The notes beneath the pieces were generated by a model. It made no database searches and was not told the DNA's origin. It was given only the letters and a program-made list of their open reading frames with translations. This document shows, in pieces, positions 54,806-64,000 of a stretch of 64,000 bases of DNA (its first letter is position 1; every line of letters starts with the position of its first letter). The position numbers and the translations under genes were made by a program. The stretch is taken from the NCBI GenBank assembly GCA_008369845.1, contig MRSU01006018.1, positions 1 to 64,000 of the forward strand, read 5' to 3'. The stretch is from Trichomonas gallinae. Taxonomy: Eukaryota.

Positions 54806-57800
54806 TTAAACTATTCGCGGGTTAGCTATAAGTTCAGGAGTTTCAACATGTGTGCCACAAATCTGGCATTGTTTGAGATCGCACATCAGCTTGTGTGATG
54901 CAGGGAATTTGCAATTCGGGCACTCACACCAGTCGTTCTTGCACATGTGCATGCCTGTGATTGTGTCGTATGGGATGTTAGTTTTGCACGCTGAGCAGTA
55001 GAGCTCGGACACAGGCACATCTGATCCGCAGACCGGGCAAGGAGAAGTTGGTTCCGGTTCCTCGGAAGTGTTCTTATGTCTGACTGTTGCCACCATCTTC
55101 TTCATCAAATCAGGTGAAATCTTTCCTTCGTATTCTGGCGTGATCAGCTTCGTTGCTGCTTCGAACGCCGACTTCTTGTATCCCTGACGTGAGCACTCGA
55201 CAACTGTCATTGCGAGAATGCTGGCCGCGTGCTGGGGGAACTTCGACACGAATTTGGAGACACGCCTCAGCAAGAAGCAGGCGATACTCTTGTCGAATTC
55301 CTTCATTGGCTTGATTTGGAGGTATGAGTGTATTATCATCAAGCTCTGCTTCATCTCCGCGGAGATTGTCTGGTTGTGTTTCTGAAGCTGGCAGTAAATG
55401 TCGAATAAAATGTCCCTCGATTGCCTGTATTCGCCTCTCTCCCTGTATTCATCCGCAATCCTCATCGCTGTGACTGCTGCTTCATCGAACTGCTTCATGA
55501 TGATGAACATTCTCAGCAAGTAGCGTAAGTCTTTGCTCTTCATGTTGAGCGACAAATACTCAAGCAGTTCATCTCTTATCTGCCTGTTGTCGACCTTCTC
55601 AGCGAGATCGAGGGCGCCGTCGAGAGCAGCTGGTGAGCCATCTGCCATGTAGCAGTTCATTGCGCGCTCAGGATCATCAGCCTTAGCGAAGAACTTGGCT
55701 GCGGAAATGTTGTCGTTTCTCGCGCAGAAGTATGCGGCGATTGATTCGTACTGCTGCCTTGTTCCGTTGTTGCCGATCAGGTCAGCGAGCTCGTCCATCC
55801 TCTGGTGAAGTTCAGCTATCCTGAACGCGTCTTCCGTTCTTCCAGCGATGATCAAGAACTCGATAGCGTACCTGAAGTTGCCGAGCTGAATGCAATGTTC
55901 CGCGACAGCCCTGCAGGCGTCTGCTGTCGGGTGAGCTCTTGCGATAGCTGTTGCTCTGTCGAGATTGACTTTGAGAAGAACTCTAACGAGGCTCTCCCAG
56001 TCGTTGGCGCGCTCGAATGCTGTTGTTGCCGCTTCGAGCTGGCCATTTCTTTCAAGCTGTTTGCCGATAGATACCAAAACTTTCGAATCATCTACCTTAG
56101 GAACAAGTTCTGCTGCGGCTTGCAAATCGTTCGCCCTAACATAACACTGGGCCGCGGAGTTGAATTGCGAGACCTGTGAGTAGAGCTGCGCAGCCTGCTG
56201 GAATGCAGAGAGCCTCTCGAGGATTCGTGCGCACTCTGTAACGAGATTCGTATCTTTAGTCTTCTCGAGCTGCTTCATGCCTTGTTCAACTTTGCCCGCA
56301 AGAATCAAGCAGCGGATGATGCCGCTTCTTGCACCCTTCTTGAGTCCAGGTGTTTGCAAGGCAGCTTTATACTGGCTGATGGCAGCTGAGTAGTTGCCAG
56401 TGAGCTCGTTTTGGCGGCCACTTTCGTAGGAAAGCTGTGGGATCCTGCTTGGATCGAATTTCTCCGCCAATGTCAGCGCGCTGTCGAATTGAAGCAGCGC
56501 AGATCTCATATCCAAAGCCATTTGTGGCCTCGAAGACTCCAAGAAGTTCTTCTGTGCGCCATTGAAATCCCTGTTGAGCATGGAAACATAGCCGCGAAGG
56601 AAAGAAAACTCTTCCTCTCTTTTGACAGGCGCGAGAATATTGTAGCTTGCCGCATCTCCGCAGCATGCATAAGCATCTGCTGCTATTTCAATCGCGAGGG
56701 CTGCCAACGCAGAATCAGCTACTTCCTTGATTAAAGCTTTGTCGCCGATTCGCAGAGCAGTCTGCAGAGCCTTCCTATGCCTGTGGATTGTCAATAGCTG
56801 TCTGACACATTCTGGTGTGTCCCTGCCTAATGCTGAGTGCGAAGGCATGGTGAATGTCTGCTCAGTTGACTGCGAATCAAGGAAAATGAGGCAGCCGTCG
56901 AAGAAACCGAGTGGAGACTTGAGTGTTGGAAGCTCAGCGACGCATAATTGCTTGAGTTCTGAGTCAGAAACATTGTGATCAGTAATGTGGTAAACGGCGC
57001 ATGTTTTCGGCGCGAAAACAGCGAAAACTGAGCGATCAAGCATGTCAAACAGAGCTGTTGATGCATCTATCTGCTTTCCTTCGCTCTTGACTTCGAGTGT
57101 TGTGCGTTTTATTGGGTTGAAAATGAAGATTCCATGTCCGGAGTCAATGAAAATGAAGCGAGTTTCACTTCCATTCGCTCTGATGGATATAATAGGAGAT
57201 GGATGTTTGTAGCCGTCCAAAAACGCTTGGTTGCGTGTATTGAAAATCCTCACTGTTCCATCATCAGTTGCAAGCAAAAGTAATGGTGTTGTAAGGCAGA
57301 ATGCTGTGACTTTAGCGTTAGTATCGAAGTCTGGGAATGTAAATGGTCTCTTTGAATTATCGAAATAGTTTAACATTACTTTTCCACCCATCATGACTGC
57401 ATAGGCTGTTTCACTGACCTGTATAGAGTCTATTGTTGCAGCAAGCTCGGCTGTTGTTATCTGCTGGCATGTTTTTGTATCATAGAAATAGCATTTGTTG
57501 TTGAAAGCTGCTGCAACGATCGAAGGACAGATTCCAAGCTTCTGCGGTTGGTAGTCGACTGTGATTGGCTTTGTAGTCTTCTTGTGCATGTCATAAACAA
57601 CGAGCTGAGTCAGTGTCTGGCTGTAGACGCATAACGTTCCATTTGATGCACTCAAAATTGGAACTTCTACTAAGTAAACAAGAACAACGCCGTCATTTGT
57701 TGAAACAGCGCCGAGAGAACCATCAGAAGCTAAAGCAATAGCACATACATCACCTTGCACATCATTGGGGAACCTAATCTGCTCATCAATTATGTTCTTT

Positions 57801-58672
57801 GGATCATCTAAGTTGATTAATTTAACTGATGGACCATTTCCAACGAGTGCCTTTGTGTGGATGGAATCTGCTGACGTGACAGATGATGGGAAAGCGTGCC
57901 TCTGGATGACAACTTCGGAATCAAAGTTAACTAAGAAGAATTTTCCATAAGTGAATTGAACGTAAACTAAAGCGTTTGTTAATGTGATGCATTTGATGAT
58001 TTTTCCTAAACTTGGTTCGAATTTGAGCTTCTGTGGGGCTGAGCCATTGCCGTATTCCCAGAAATACAATGTTGGTGAATTTGCACTAGCGAAAACGAGC
58101 GTTAATGTGCTGTCTACTGTAATGAATTGAGGGAAAACAGGTATGTCACCGATATCTTGACGTGCAATAACCTTTCCTTTAACGTCCGAAACAGATATTG
58201 ACTGATCGAGTGAGCAAAGGGCAAGATGGGACTTGGAATTCCAGCTTCCATCGACAATTGCGCTGTCATGTGTACCCTGATAGTTCTGAGACTGTCTTGA
58301 ATTCAAATCACAGATCCAAAACTTCCCTTTATCTGAGCCAACAGCGAGAAAAGAGTTCCTTTTAGAGCACTGTAACCATGTAGCAATGAATGGAGCTTCA
58401 ATTTGGCTTGCTTCACTTGTTGCGACATTAATTAAAACGATTTCTGGATTATCTGAGCTTGAAACGACTAATATCTTTGATTGTGAGTCCCATTCGAGGA
58501 ATTTTGGATTTGGAATCGGCATAGACATAAGTTTTGATCCATTCCTATCAAAAATGAAAACTGTGCCATTATTTCCAAAGCAGGCTAAGTACTTCGAGTC
58601 CCTGCTCCATTTGATCACCGGCGTCGAGCCAGGACCAAGGAAGGATTCGTTGATATTAAAAACAAGCTGCAT
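54806..58672 (-). CDS. IFT144: Intraflagellar transport protein 144 (WDR19)
   Basis: N-terminal WD40s and TPR region with AQKNFLESSRPQMALDMR..LQFD.AL.LA, LMIIHSY, SKFPQHA..IL..TVVEC.R.G.KKSAFE.A, plus a C-terminal Zn-binding CxxC cluster. Confidence 0.93.
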   Translation of the reverse strand: MQLVFNINESFLGPGSTPVIKWSRDSKYLACFGNNGTVFIFDRNGSKLMSMPIPNPKFLEWDSQSKILVVSSSDNPEIVLINVATSEASQIEAPFIATWLQCSKRNSFLAVGSDKGKFWICDLNSRQSQNYQGTHDSAIVDGSWNSKSHLALCSLDQSISVSDVKGKVIARQDIGDIPVFPQFITVDSTLTLVFASANSPTLYFWEYGNGSAPQKLKFEPSLGKIIKCITLTNALVYVQFTYGKFFLVNFDSEVVIQRHAFPSSVTSADSIHTKALVGNGPSVKLINLDDPKNIIDEQIRFPNDVQGDVCAIALASDGSLGAVSTNDGVVLVYLVEVPILSASNGTLCVYSQTLTQLVVYDMHKKTTKPITVDYQPQKLGICPSIVAAAFNNKCYFYDTKTCQQITTAELAATIDSIQVSETAYAVMMGGKVMLNYFDNSKRPFTFPDFDTNAKVTAFCLTTPLLLLATDDGTVRIFNTRNQAFLDGYKHPSPIISIRANGSETRFIFIDSGHGIFIFNPIKRTTLEVKSEGKQIDASTALFDMLDRSVFAVFAPKTCAVYHITDHNVSDSELKQLCVAELPTLKSPLGFFDGCLIFLDSQSTEQTFTMPSHSALGRDTPECVRQLLTIHRHRKALQTALRIGDKALIKEVADSALAALAIEIAADAYACCGDAASYNILAPVKREEEFSFLRGYVSMLNRDFNGAQKNFLESSRPQMALDMRSALLQFDSALTLAEKFDPSRIPQLSYESGRQNELTGNYSAAISQYKAALQTPGLKKGARSGIIRCLILAGKVEQGMKQLEKTKDTNLVTECARILERLSAFQQAAQLYSQVSQFNSAAQCYVRANDLQAAAELVPKVDDSKVLVSIGKQLERNGQLEAATTAFERANDWESLVRVLLKVNLDRATAIARAHPTADACRAVAEHCIQLGNFRYAIEFLIIAGRTEDAFRIAELHQRMDELADLIGNNGTRQQYESIAAYFCARNDNISAAKFFAKADDPERAMNCYMADGSPAALDGALDLAEKVDNRQIRDELLEYLSLNMKSKDLRYLLRMFIIMKQFDEAAVTAMRIADEYRERGEYRQSRDILFDIYCQLQKHNQTISAEMKQSLMIIHSYLQIKPMKEFDKSIACFLLRRVSKFVSKFPQHAASILAMTVVECSRQGYKKSAFEAATKLITPEYEGKISPDLMKKMVATVRHKNTSEEPEPTSPCPVCGSDVPVSELYCSACKTNIPYDTITGMHMCKNDWCECPNCKFPASHKLMCDLKQCQICGTHVETPELIANPRIV

Positions 58673-59032
58673 GCACGTTTTTAATTTTTTGAATTATTCA
58701 TATTTCACGTTATTTGGGATATGTAGCTCATAAACTGCAATTTTTGCGTGGCAATTTTCTCTGAAATCTATGAATAACAATTTTGGAAAAAACTGACATA
58801 ATTTACTTGGCAAATTGTAAATATTTTACATGTCAAGATAACAAATTTTTTGAAAAAGCTATATATATCGGAATCCTAGCTTGCATTAGTTTAGATATTC
58901 TGGTATATACATCAATATATGTAGTATAATCTATGATATACTGAATCTACACAGCTTGAAACTCCTGAACATTTAGCCAAACTTTTAATAAAAAATATTG
59001 AAGAACTGCAAAAATTACGAAATTCAAAAAAG

Positions 59033-60006
59033 ATGTGCAACGAAATCTATGCCATGCTCAACAACATTGCAATAGAAAACGATTTTAATGCTATGAATTT
59101 TGCTGTGAAAGAGAAATTCTGCGGTGTTCAAAGTAAATCTGGTGAGACTATCTTTGATCGTTCATGTTATGAATGTAACTTCCATCTTGCTCATCTTATA
59201 ATAGAATTTGGTAGTTATCTTATAACCATATCATTCCCAAAGATTCCGATTTGATCAGATTTGTTCTCAACACTCAAAACAGTTTGATGTAAATGAAACT
59301 TTGATTAAGGCTACGAGATACAATCGTTATGAAATTGTCAAATTCCTTCTCACAGTCCCTGGAATTGATGTTAACTTTAAAGACAATCACAAATATACAG
59401 CTCTGATTATAGCTTCAAAAAATGGTTATAATGAGATAATTAAACTTCCTCTCACAGTTCCTGGAATGGATGTCAATCCAAAAGACCAGAACAACAGAAC
59501 AGTTTTGATTTATGCTTCAAATAAATGCCATCATGATGTTATCAATCTCTTTCTTTAAGTTCCTGGAAAAGATGTCAACACATTAGACAATAAAAAAGAA
59601 ACAGTCCTGTTTAAGACTTTAACAGTTAATCGTGTTGAAATTGTTAAAGTCCTTCTCACAGTTCCTGGAATAGATGTCAACGCAAAAGACAATGGCAACA
59701 GAACAGCTTTGATTTCAGCTTCAGAAAGAGGCAATCATGAAGTGGTCAAACTTCTTCTCGCATTTCATGGGATAGATTTCAATGCAAAACGACAGTGGCA
59801 ACAAAACGGCTTTGTATTATGCTTCTGAAAATGGCCATCATGAAGTTGTCAAACTCCTTCTTTCAGTTCCTGGAATAGATGTCGATGCAAAAGACAATGG
59901 CAGCAATACAGCTTTGATTTTAGCTTCTGAAAAAGGCTATCATGAAGTTGTTAAACTACTTCTTGAATTTCCTGGAATCTATATCAATTATAAAAATTTC
60001 ATATGA
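59033..60006 (+). pseudogene. Ankyrin-repeat pseudogene (34-aa VPGIDVNAKD repeats)
   Basis: Ankyrin repeats are interrupted by TGA at 59252, in-frame TAA at 59556 and a +1 frameshift near 59790 (GCAAAACGAC versus GCAAAAGAC in sister repeats). Confidence 0.88.
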
Positions 60007-60514
60007 ACTTACAGATCTGTTTTGGGGTTTATGATATTCCTTTTCACAGTTCCTGGAATATTTAAACAATCAAAATCGAAATACATTCCATAATTAGGAT
60101 CGATATTACAATATTCTAATATGATTTTTAATACATTCGGCATGTCATTAGTTTCACAATGCATAACTGCTAATCATTAATTATTATGATAAAGTTTGTA
60201 ATAGTAAAACAAGCTTGAAACCACAGAGTTTTAATCACCAGTCCAAGAAGCGTTTCCTCTGGAAAGCAGATTAATTAACACCGCAATAATTTCACTTTTC
60301 ACTAGCATATCCATGATCAAAAACATCTAAAGAAGGTGATTTTATTCATAAAATCGAGTTGTTTAAATTTTTGACAAAAAATCATATATATTGTCAATTA
60401 ATTTCAACTAAATACTAATAAAGTTAGGAATATTCTAGGAAGTCTGGAATATTGTATTTTAATGCGACTAATATATCCGATATTTTACTATTTTATACAA
60501 AAAAGAAAGCTAAT

Positions 60515-61447
60515 TTACAAATCATAACCAAGATTGCCGACAATTGTAATGACTTTGGAGAATACACTGAAGTACCAACCAAGGAAGATCAAGATAAGGC
60601 CAATACCTTCTAAAATAAATTTGATTGTGGAATTTTCTGTTGGGAAAATGAAATAAGAAGCAACAATGATTATTAATGACTTGAATGCTCCCAATAATTC
60701 ATAGTTGTATGATGCAGTCTCACCAATAATCGTATATTCTGATAATTGTGTCCAAATATTGGTAATGCATGTTAATAAGATGACTATTATATCGATCATG
60801 TTGATCCTATGTGCATAAAATCCGTCAATTGGGTCTGTTTCGAACAAAATCGAAACAAATATTGAATACATGAACTGGAAAGGCAGGCATGAAATTGAAA
60901 GTTGTGTACCTGTAACACCATAATCAGTGATTGTCTGGGAAACGTAAACATGCGAAATTGAAGTCAAGAAGGATGTTATTGTTAATTTCAACATTTTAAC
61001 GATTCCGAAATCTAAGTCAGTGTAGAATGCAATGAACGTTCCAACAACAAACAAGCTTAAATGCATAATCGAAAGCTGTCCAATTCTTTTAATTTTGGAT
61101 GTAATCGTGATGATGATTAATGTTGTTATTGAAAAAGCCTTGGTAAGCTGAAGCATGCCGATTGATGACTCCATGAGAACAGAATACTGAAGAAATCCTT
61201 GGCCGAATAATAAAAGAGCGACAATGAGTCGGCGCTGAATTGGAATTTTCGTATTTCTTGAAAAGTTACCTTCATATGCGAGAAATTCTAGAATCAGCCA
61301 ACCTGTTAAGTATTGTGCTGATAATAAGGAAGCCGAGCACTTGCAATTAATCAGATTGGCCAGGTATCTGCTTACTAAAATATATATGACAGATGAGAGC
61401 ACATTGACGATCGAGAAAAATCGAACAATGAATGCTTTATTCGCCAT
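60515..61447 (-). CDS. Triose-phosphate/nucleotide-sugar transporter family protein (SLC35-like)
   Basis: ATG at 61447, about 10 TM segments. NVLSSV, SSIGMLQLTK and IIGETASYNYELLGAFK match the TPT family pattern. Confidence 0.8.
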   Translation of the reverse strand: MANKAFIVRFFSIVNVLSSVIYILVSRYLANLINCKCSASLLSAQYLTGWLILEFLAYEGNFSRNTKIPIQRRLIVALLLFGQGFLQYSVLMESSIGMLQLTKAFSITTLIIITITSKIKRIGQLSIMHLSLFVVGTFIAFYTDLDFGIVKMLKLTITSFLTSISHVYVSQTITDYGVTGTQLSISCLPFQFMYSIFVSILFETDPIDGFYAHRINMIDIIVILLTCITNIWTQLSEYTIIGETASYNYELLGAFKSLIIIVASYFIFPTENSTIKFILEGIGLILIFLGWYFSVFSKVITIVGNLGYDL

Positions 61448-61483
61448 GTTGTAAGATGTCAAAAATCGATTTCATTTCTTAAA

Positions 61484-61613
61484 TTTACATGGCATTTTAT
61501 TAATTTTCGGAAATTTACGTGTCATTTTGACAATTTTTTGAATCTTACATGTCATTTTGATGATTTCATATGTTTACGTGTCATTTTGATGATTTTTGGA
61601 AATTTACATGTCA
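61484..61613. promoter_or_regulatory. Five TTTACRTGKCA motifs at 29-30-bp period filling a divergent promoter
   Basis: Copies at 61484, 61514, 61544, 61573 and 61603, between the ATGs at 61447 (-) and 61623 (+). Confidence 0.65.
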
Positions 61614-61622
61614 AATTTTATT

Positions 61623-62192
61623 ATGTTTTTTTGGATTTCTGTGAAAACAGCAAATTCGTATGAATCAGAGGATGATTTGCGGCTCAAATGCACACTCTGC
61701 CAGAAAATTACCGAATACCATCAAAATGAAACAAAACAGATTGAACCATTAGAAAATTCTTATTGCAAGAAAGATCCAAGCAATAAATGGTGTCGTTTTG
61801 TTGTAGAAACATCAAAACAATATATTAATTACTCTATTTATCATCCTAAGACAAATTATTGTGTCGCTGCTTCATTATGCGCCAAAGAATTAAGCCCAGA
61901 TTTATCGGGATCAAGATGTGAAACATGTGTGTTCTTGGCTACATATCTTTCACATGTACCAACCGATTTACGCAATGAAGCTTTTAGTTCATTTTGTTTA
62001 ACAAGCCGCCCATATGGCATGTTCTTATGTGGAGACATAGAAGATGATGGTTTAGACTACTTTTTGCGCGATATGGATAAATATAAATTACCAGAACATA
62101 TCTGCGTGAAACAGCATTTCTGCAAGAAGAAAAAGCAGCCTAAAGCTACACCAAAACCAACACCAACCACTCAACCAAAAGAAGAGCTATAA
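61623..62192 (+). CDS. Saposin-like protein with two saposin-B-type domains
   Basis: Short hydrophobic leader and two sets of six cysteines (CTLC..C..C..C...LC and CETC..C..C..C...FC). The C-terminus KEEL is ER-retention-like. The start is uncertain (61608 or 61623). Confidence 0.75.
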   Translation: MFFWISVKTANSYESEDDLRLKCTLCQKITEYHQNETKQIEPLENSYCKKDPSNKWCRFVVETSKQYINYSIYHPKTNYCVAASLCAKELSPDLSGSRCETCVFLATYLSHVPTDLRNEAFSSFCLTSRPYGMFLCGDIEDDGLDYFLRDMDKYKLPEHICVKQHFCKKKKQPKATPKPTPTTQPKEEL

Positions 62193-62324
62193 TTTTCCGA
62201 CGATCTTATAAATTTGTTGTTAAAAATATGAAATACACGATTGTTATACTAAGCATGTTTTGTTTTTATGCTCAAATTAAGTAAACAATTTTTAAAGTAA
62301 TTTCGACGTAAAAAGTGACACATA

Positions 62325-62609
62325 ATGACGTCTTCCCAATCTCCACAGTTTGTAATTACAAAATGGAATGGCGTTGCCCTTTGGTCATGGGAAATGGAGC
62401 AAGACACATGCGCTATTTGCAAATCATCACTTGTCGATAAATGCGTTCAATGTCAAGCTAATGAAGCAGATGATAGCGTTCCTTGCCCACCAGAGTTCGG
62501 TATATGCGGACATGGTTTCCATAAGCACTGCATTGACAAATGGGTTAAAACAAATCCAACATGTCCATTGTGCAATGCAACATGGAACGCTACACCAACT
62601 AATCATTAA
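62325..62609 (+). CDS. RBX1: RING-box protein Rbx1/Roc1-like
   Basis: KWNGVALWSW, CAIC, CVQCQAN, GICGHGFHKHCIDKW, CPLC. AAAAGTGAC motif just upstream. Confidence 0.85.
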   Translation: MTSSQSPQFVITKWNGVALWSWEMEQDTCAICKSSLVDKCVQCQANEADDSVPCPPEFGICGHGFHKHCIDKWVKTNPTCPLCNATWNATPTNH

Positions 62610-62936
62610 GATCGTTATGTAAATAAAATTATCTACCAAAGAATTCCCAAATTTTCTACGTTATATAAATATTTTCTTATATCAATCTCGCGTTATACGA
62701 ACATAAAATAAGGAATCAGTAGAATTAAAAGCTAGAAAACAATTTTCTCCTACTAATTCTACAATGATTCTTGTTTTTCAGAATCAAAAATATTTTTTTT
62801 CTCATTTCGAATCAACGAATAAGTATTTTAACATGCTTATTTCTTCTTTAATAATATTTTGAGTTAATATTTTATATTATATATATAAAATCTCGCAATA
62901 CAAAATAAACTTTAGATAAATAAAACAACAAATATA

Positions 62937-64000
62937 TTAATTATCTGGCTGTATAATTTTCAAAATCTCTTCTGCCATCGTCGCAATATTTTCGTGCTCT
63001 GAATCAGCAAGCTCTTCAATCTGGTCTGGAATTTCCATATTAACCTCGTTTATTATCATTGTATAAATGATAAAGAGTGCTGACTCAACAACACCATGGT
63101 TTTCATCATCGAGCATAGAAACTGTTACATCGAATAATGCTTCTGATGGAAGTAGATCAGGAATCCATGGTCCTCTCATTAATGATTCGAGTATCTGGAC
63201 TGCATATGATTTAATAACAAAACAAGCATTGTTGAAATCGATCTTCTCGTAGATCTTCTCTTGCAATAAGCGGATTCTTGCATAATTTGAATGGCGAGAT
63301 AATGCTAAATAGCATCTAAGAGCTGATACACATTCAATTTCATGCTTTTCAGATACTGACAATACGAATCCTTTCATCCTTCCAACCAAATCAAAATGAT
63401 CAAAAACTTTTTCATCGATAACAGAATAATCAAGCGACGAAAATAGGTCACATATAGCTACACACACAGCTGGACTGCTTATTGGGTCGAGTCTCATTGT
63501 GAAATTTTGGAGAAGACCCGTTTCAAGGACATTTGCAGCAACTACTGGCACCTTTATGAAGGTAGCGCGAATAGATTCGATGTATGCTAGCTGGTCGTAC
63601 CAATTATTAGTAGTTAATCGCTTAATGCACCAATTCATAAAATGGAAAAGTTTTTGTTCAGGAATTTCGTTATGCGAAACAATTTCTGTAAGTGCTTTCA
63701 TAGGAACAGAGAAATCGAATTGTGTATCAATTGAACGCTCATATAGAGACAAATATAGAGAATCGAAAATAATTTCAGCAGGACTTGGGTTAAACTGAGC
63801 AATTTTACTGGCAAGGAGCATCATTGTCTTACATGTGCAGTAAAATAACTTTCTATTTGGGCGTCTCTGAATTATATCCAAGTTTGCTGCAATTATATCT
63901 TGAATAACCTCCATCTCAAGTGAATCAAGGTGATCTCTTACTATAAATTCAATACATTGTAAAATGCATAAGTCTTTTTGCTGGTTCTCTCCAGTATTTC
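62937..64000 (-). CDS. ARM/HEAT-repeat protein, 5'-truncated by window edge
   Basis: The frame of ORF 62937-63914 stays open to position 64000. Helical repeats end in IEELADSEHENIATMAEEILK. Confidence 0.7.
   Translation of the reverse strand, partial: NTGENQQKDLCILQCIEFIVRDHLDSLEMEVIQDIIAANLDIIQRRPNRKLFYCTCKTMMLLASKIAQFNPSPAEIIFDSLYLSLYERSIDTQFDFSVPMKALTEIVSHNEIPEQKLFHFMNWCIKRLTTNNWYDQLAYIESIRATFIKVPVVAANVLETGLLQNFTMRLDPISSPAVCVAICDLFSSLDYSVIDEKVFDHFDLVGRMKGFVLSVSEKHEIECVSALRCYLALSRHSNYARIRLLQEKIYEKIDFNNACFVIKSYAVQILESLMRGPWIPDLLPSEALFDVTVSMLDDENHGVVESALFIIYTMIINEVNMEIPDQIEELADSEHENIATMAEEILKIIQPDN

Noticed and set aside
5392..58733. Many 60-240-aa antisense or alternate-frame ORFs nested in large genes (e.g. 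5757-6296, 9799-10305, 13636-14352, 55805-56179)
   Set aside because: Shadows of biased codon usage in real genes, with no recognisable domains or promoter context.
33856..59558. In-frame TAA codons in the Pmp-like and ankyrin genes as possible stop-codon reassignment or readthrough
   Set aside because: TAA terminates most intact conserved genes in the window and both loci also carry apparent frameshifts, so pseudogenisation is simpler.

Overview
AT-rich, gene-dense eukaryotic DNA that looks like a trichomonad parabasalid (Trichomonas-like). The basis is almost intron-free genes, Inr TCA(C/T)T and AAAAGTGAC/ACGGTT core-promoter motifs, a perfect ACTAACACACAG 3' splice motif, and ankyrin and Pmp-like family genes. 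The window holds one tRNA-Ala(AGC), about 32 protein genes (including glycogen branching enzyme, CPSF73, acyl-CoA ligase, Rpn12, Raptor, copine, Nudix, TAF5, Arl GTPase, CSN4, TVP23, Mdm34, PP2A-A, IFT144, Rbx1), three disrupted genes and several degenerate intergenic tandem repeats. The most interesting signals are non-coding. (1) An ATG-less transcript unit at about 30976-31210 carries a canonical 134-nt spliceosomal intron folding into a C/D-snoRNA-like RNA that can pair with its own 5' splice site. (2) A roughly 390-nt, three-armed, highly structured RNA candidate lies at 33030-33420. (3) A roughly 150-nt box C/D-containing RNA candidate lies at 44232-44385. (4) A recurrent TGACATGTAAA-type motif forms 20/30/38-bp-phased arrays in many promoters. 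All family assignments and RNA folds were made by eye; no searches were run.
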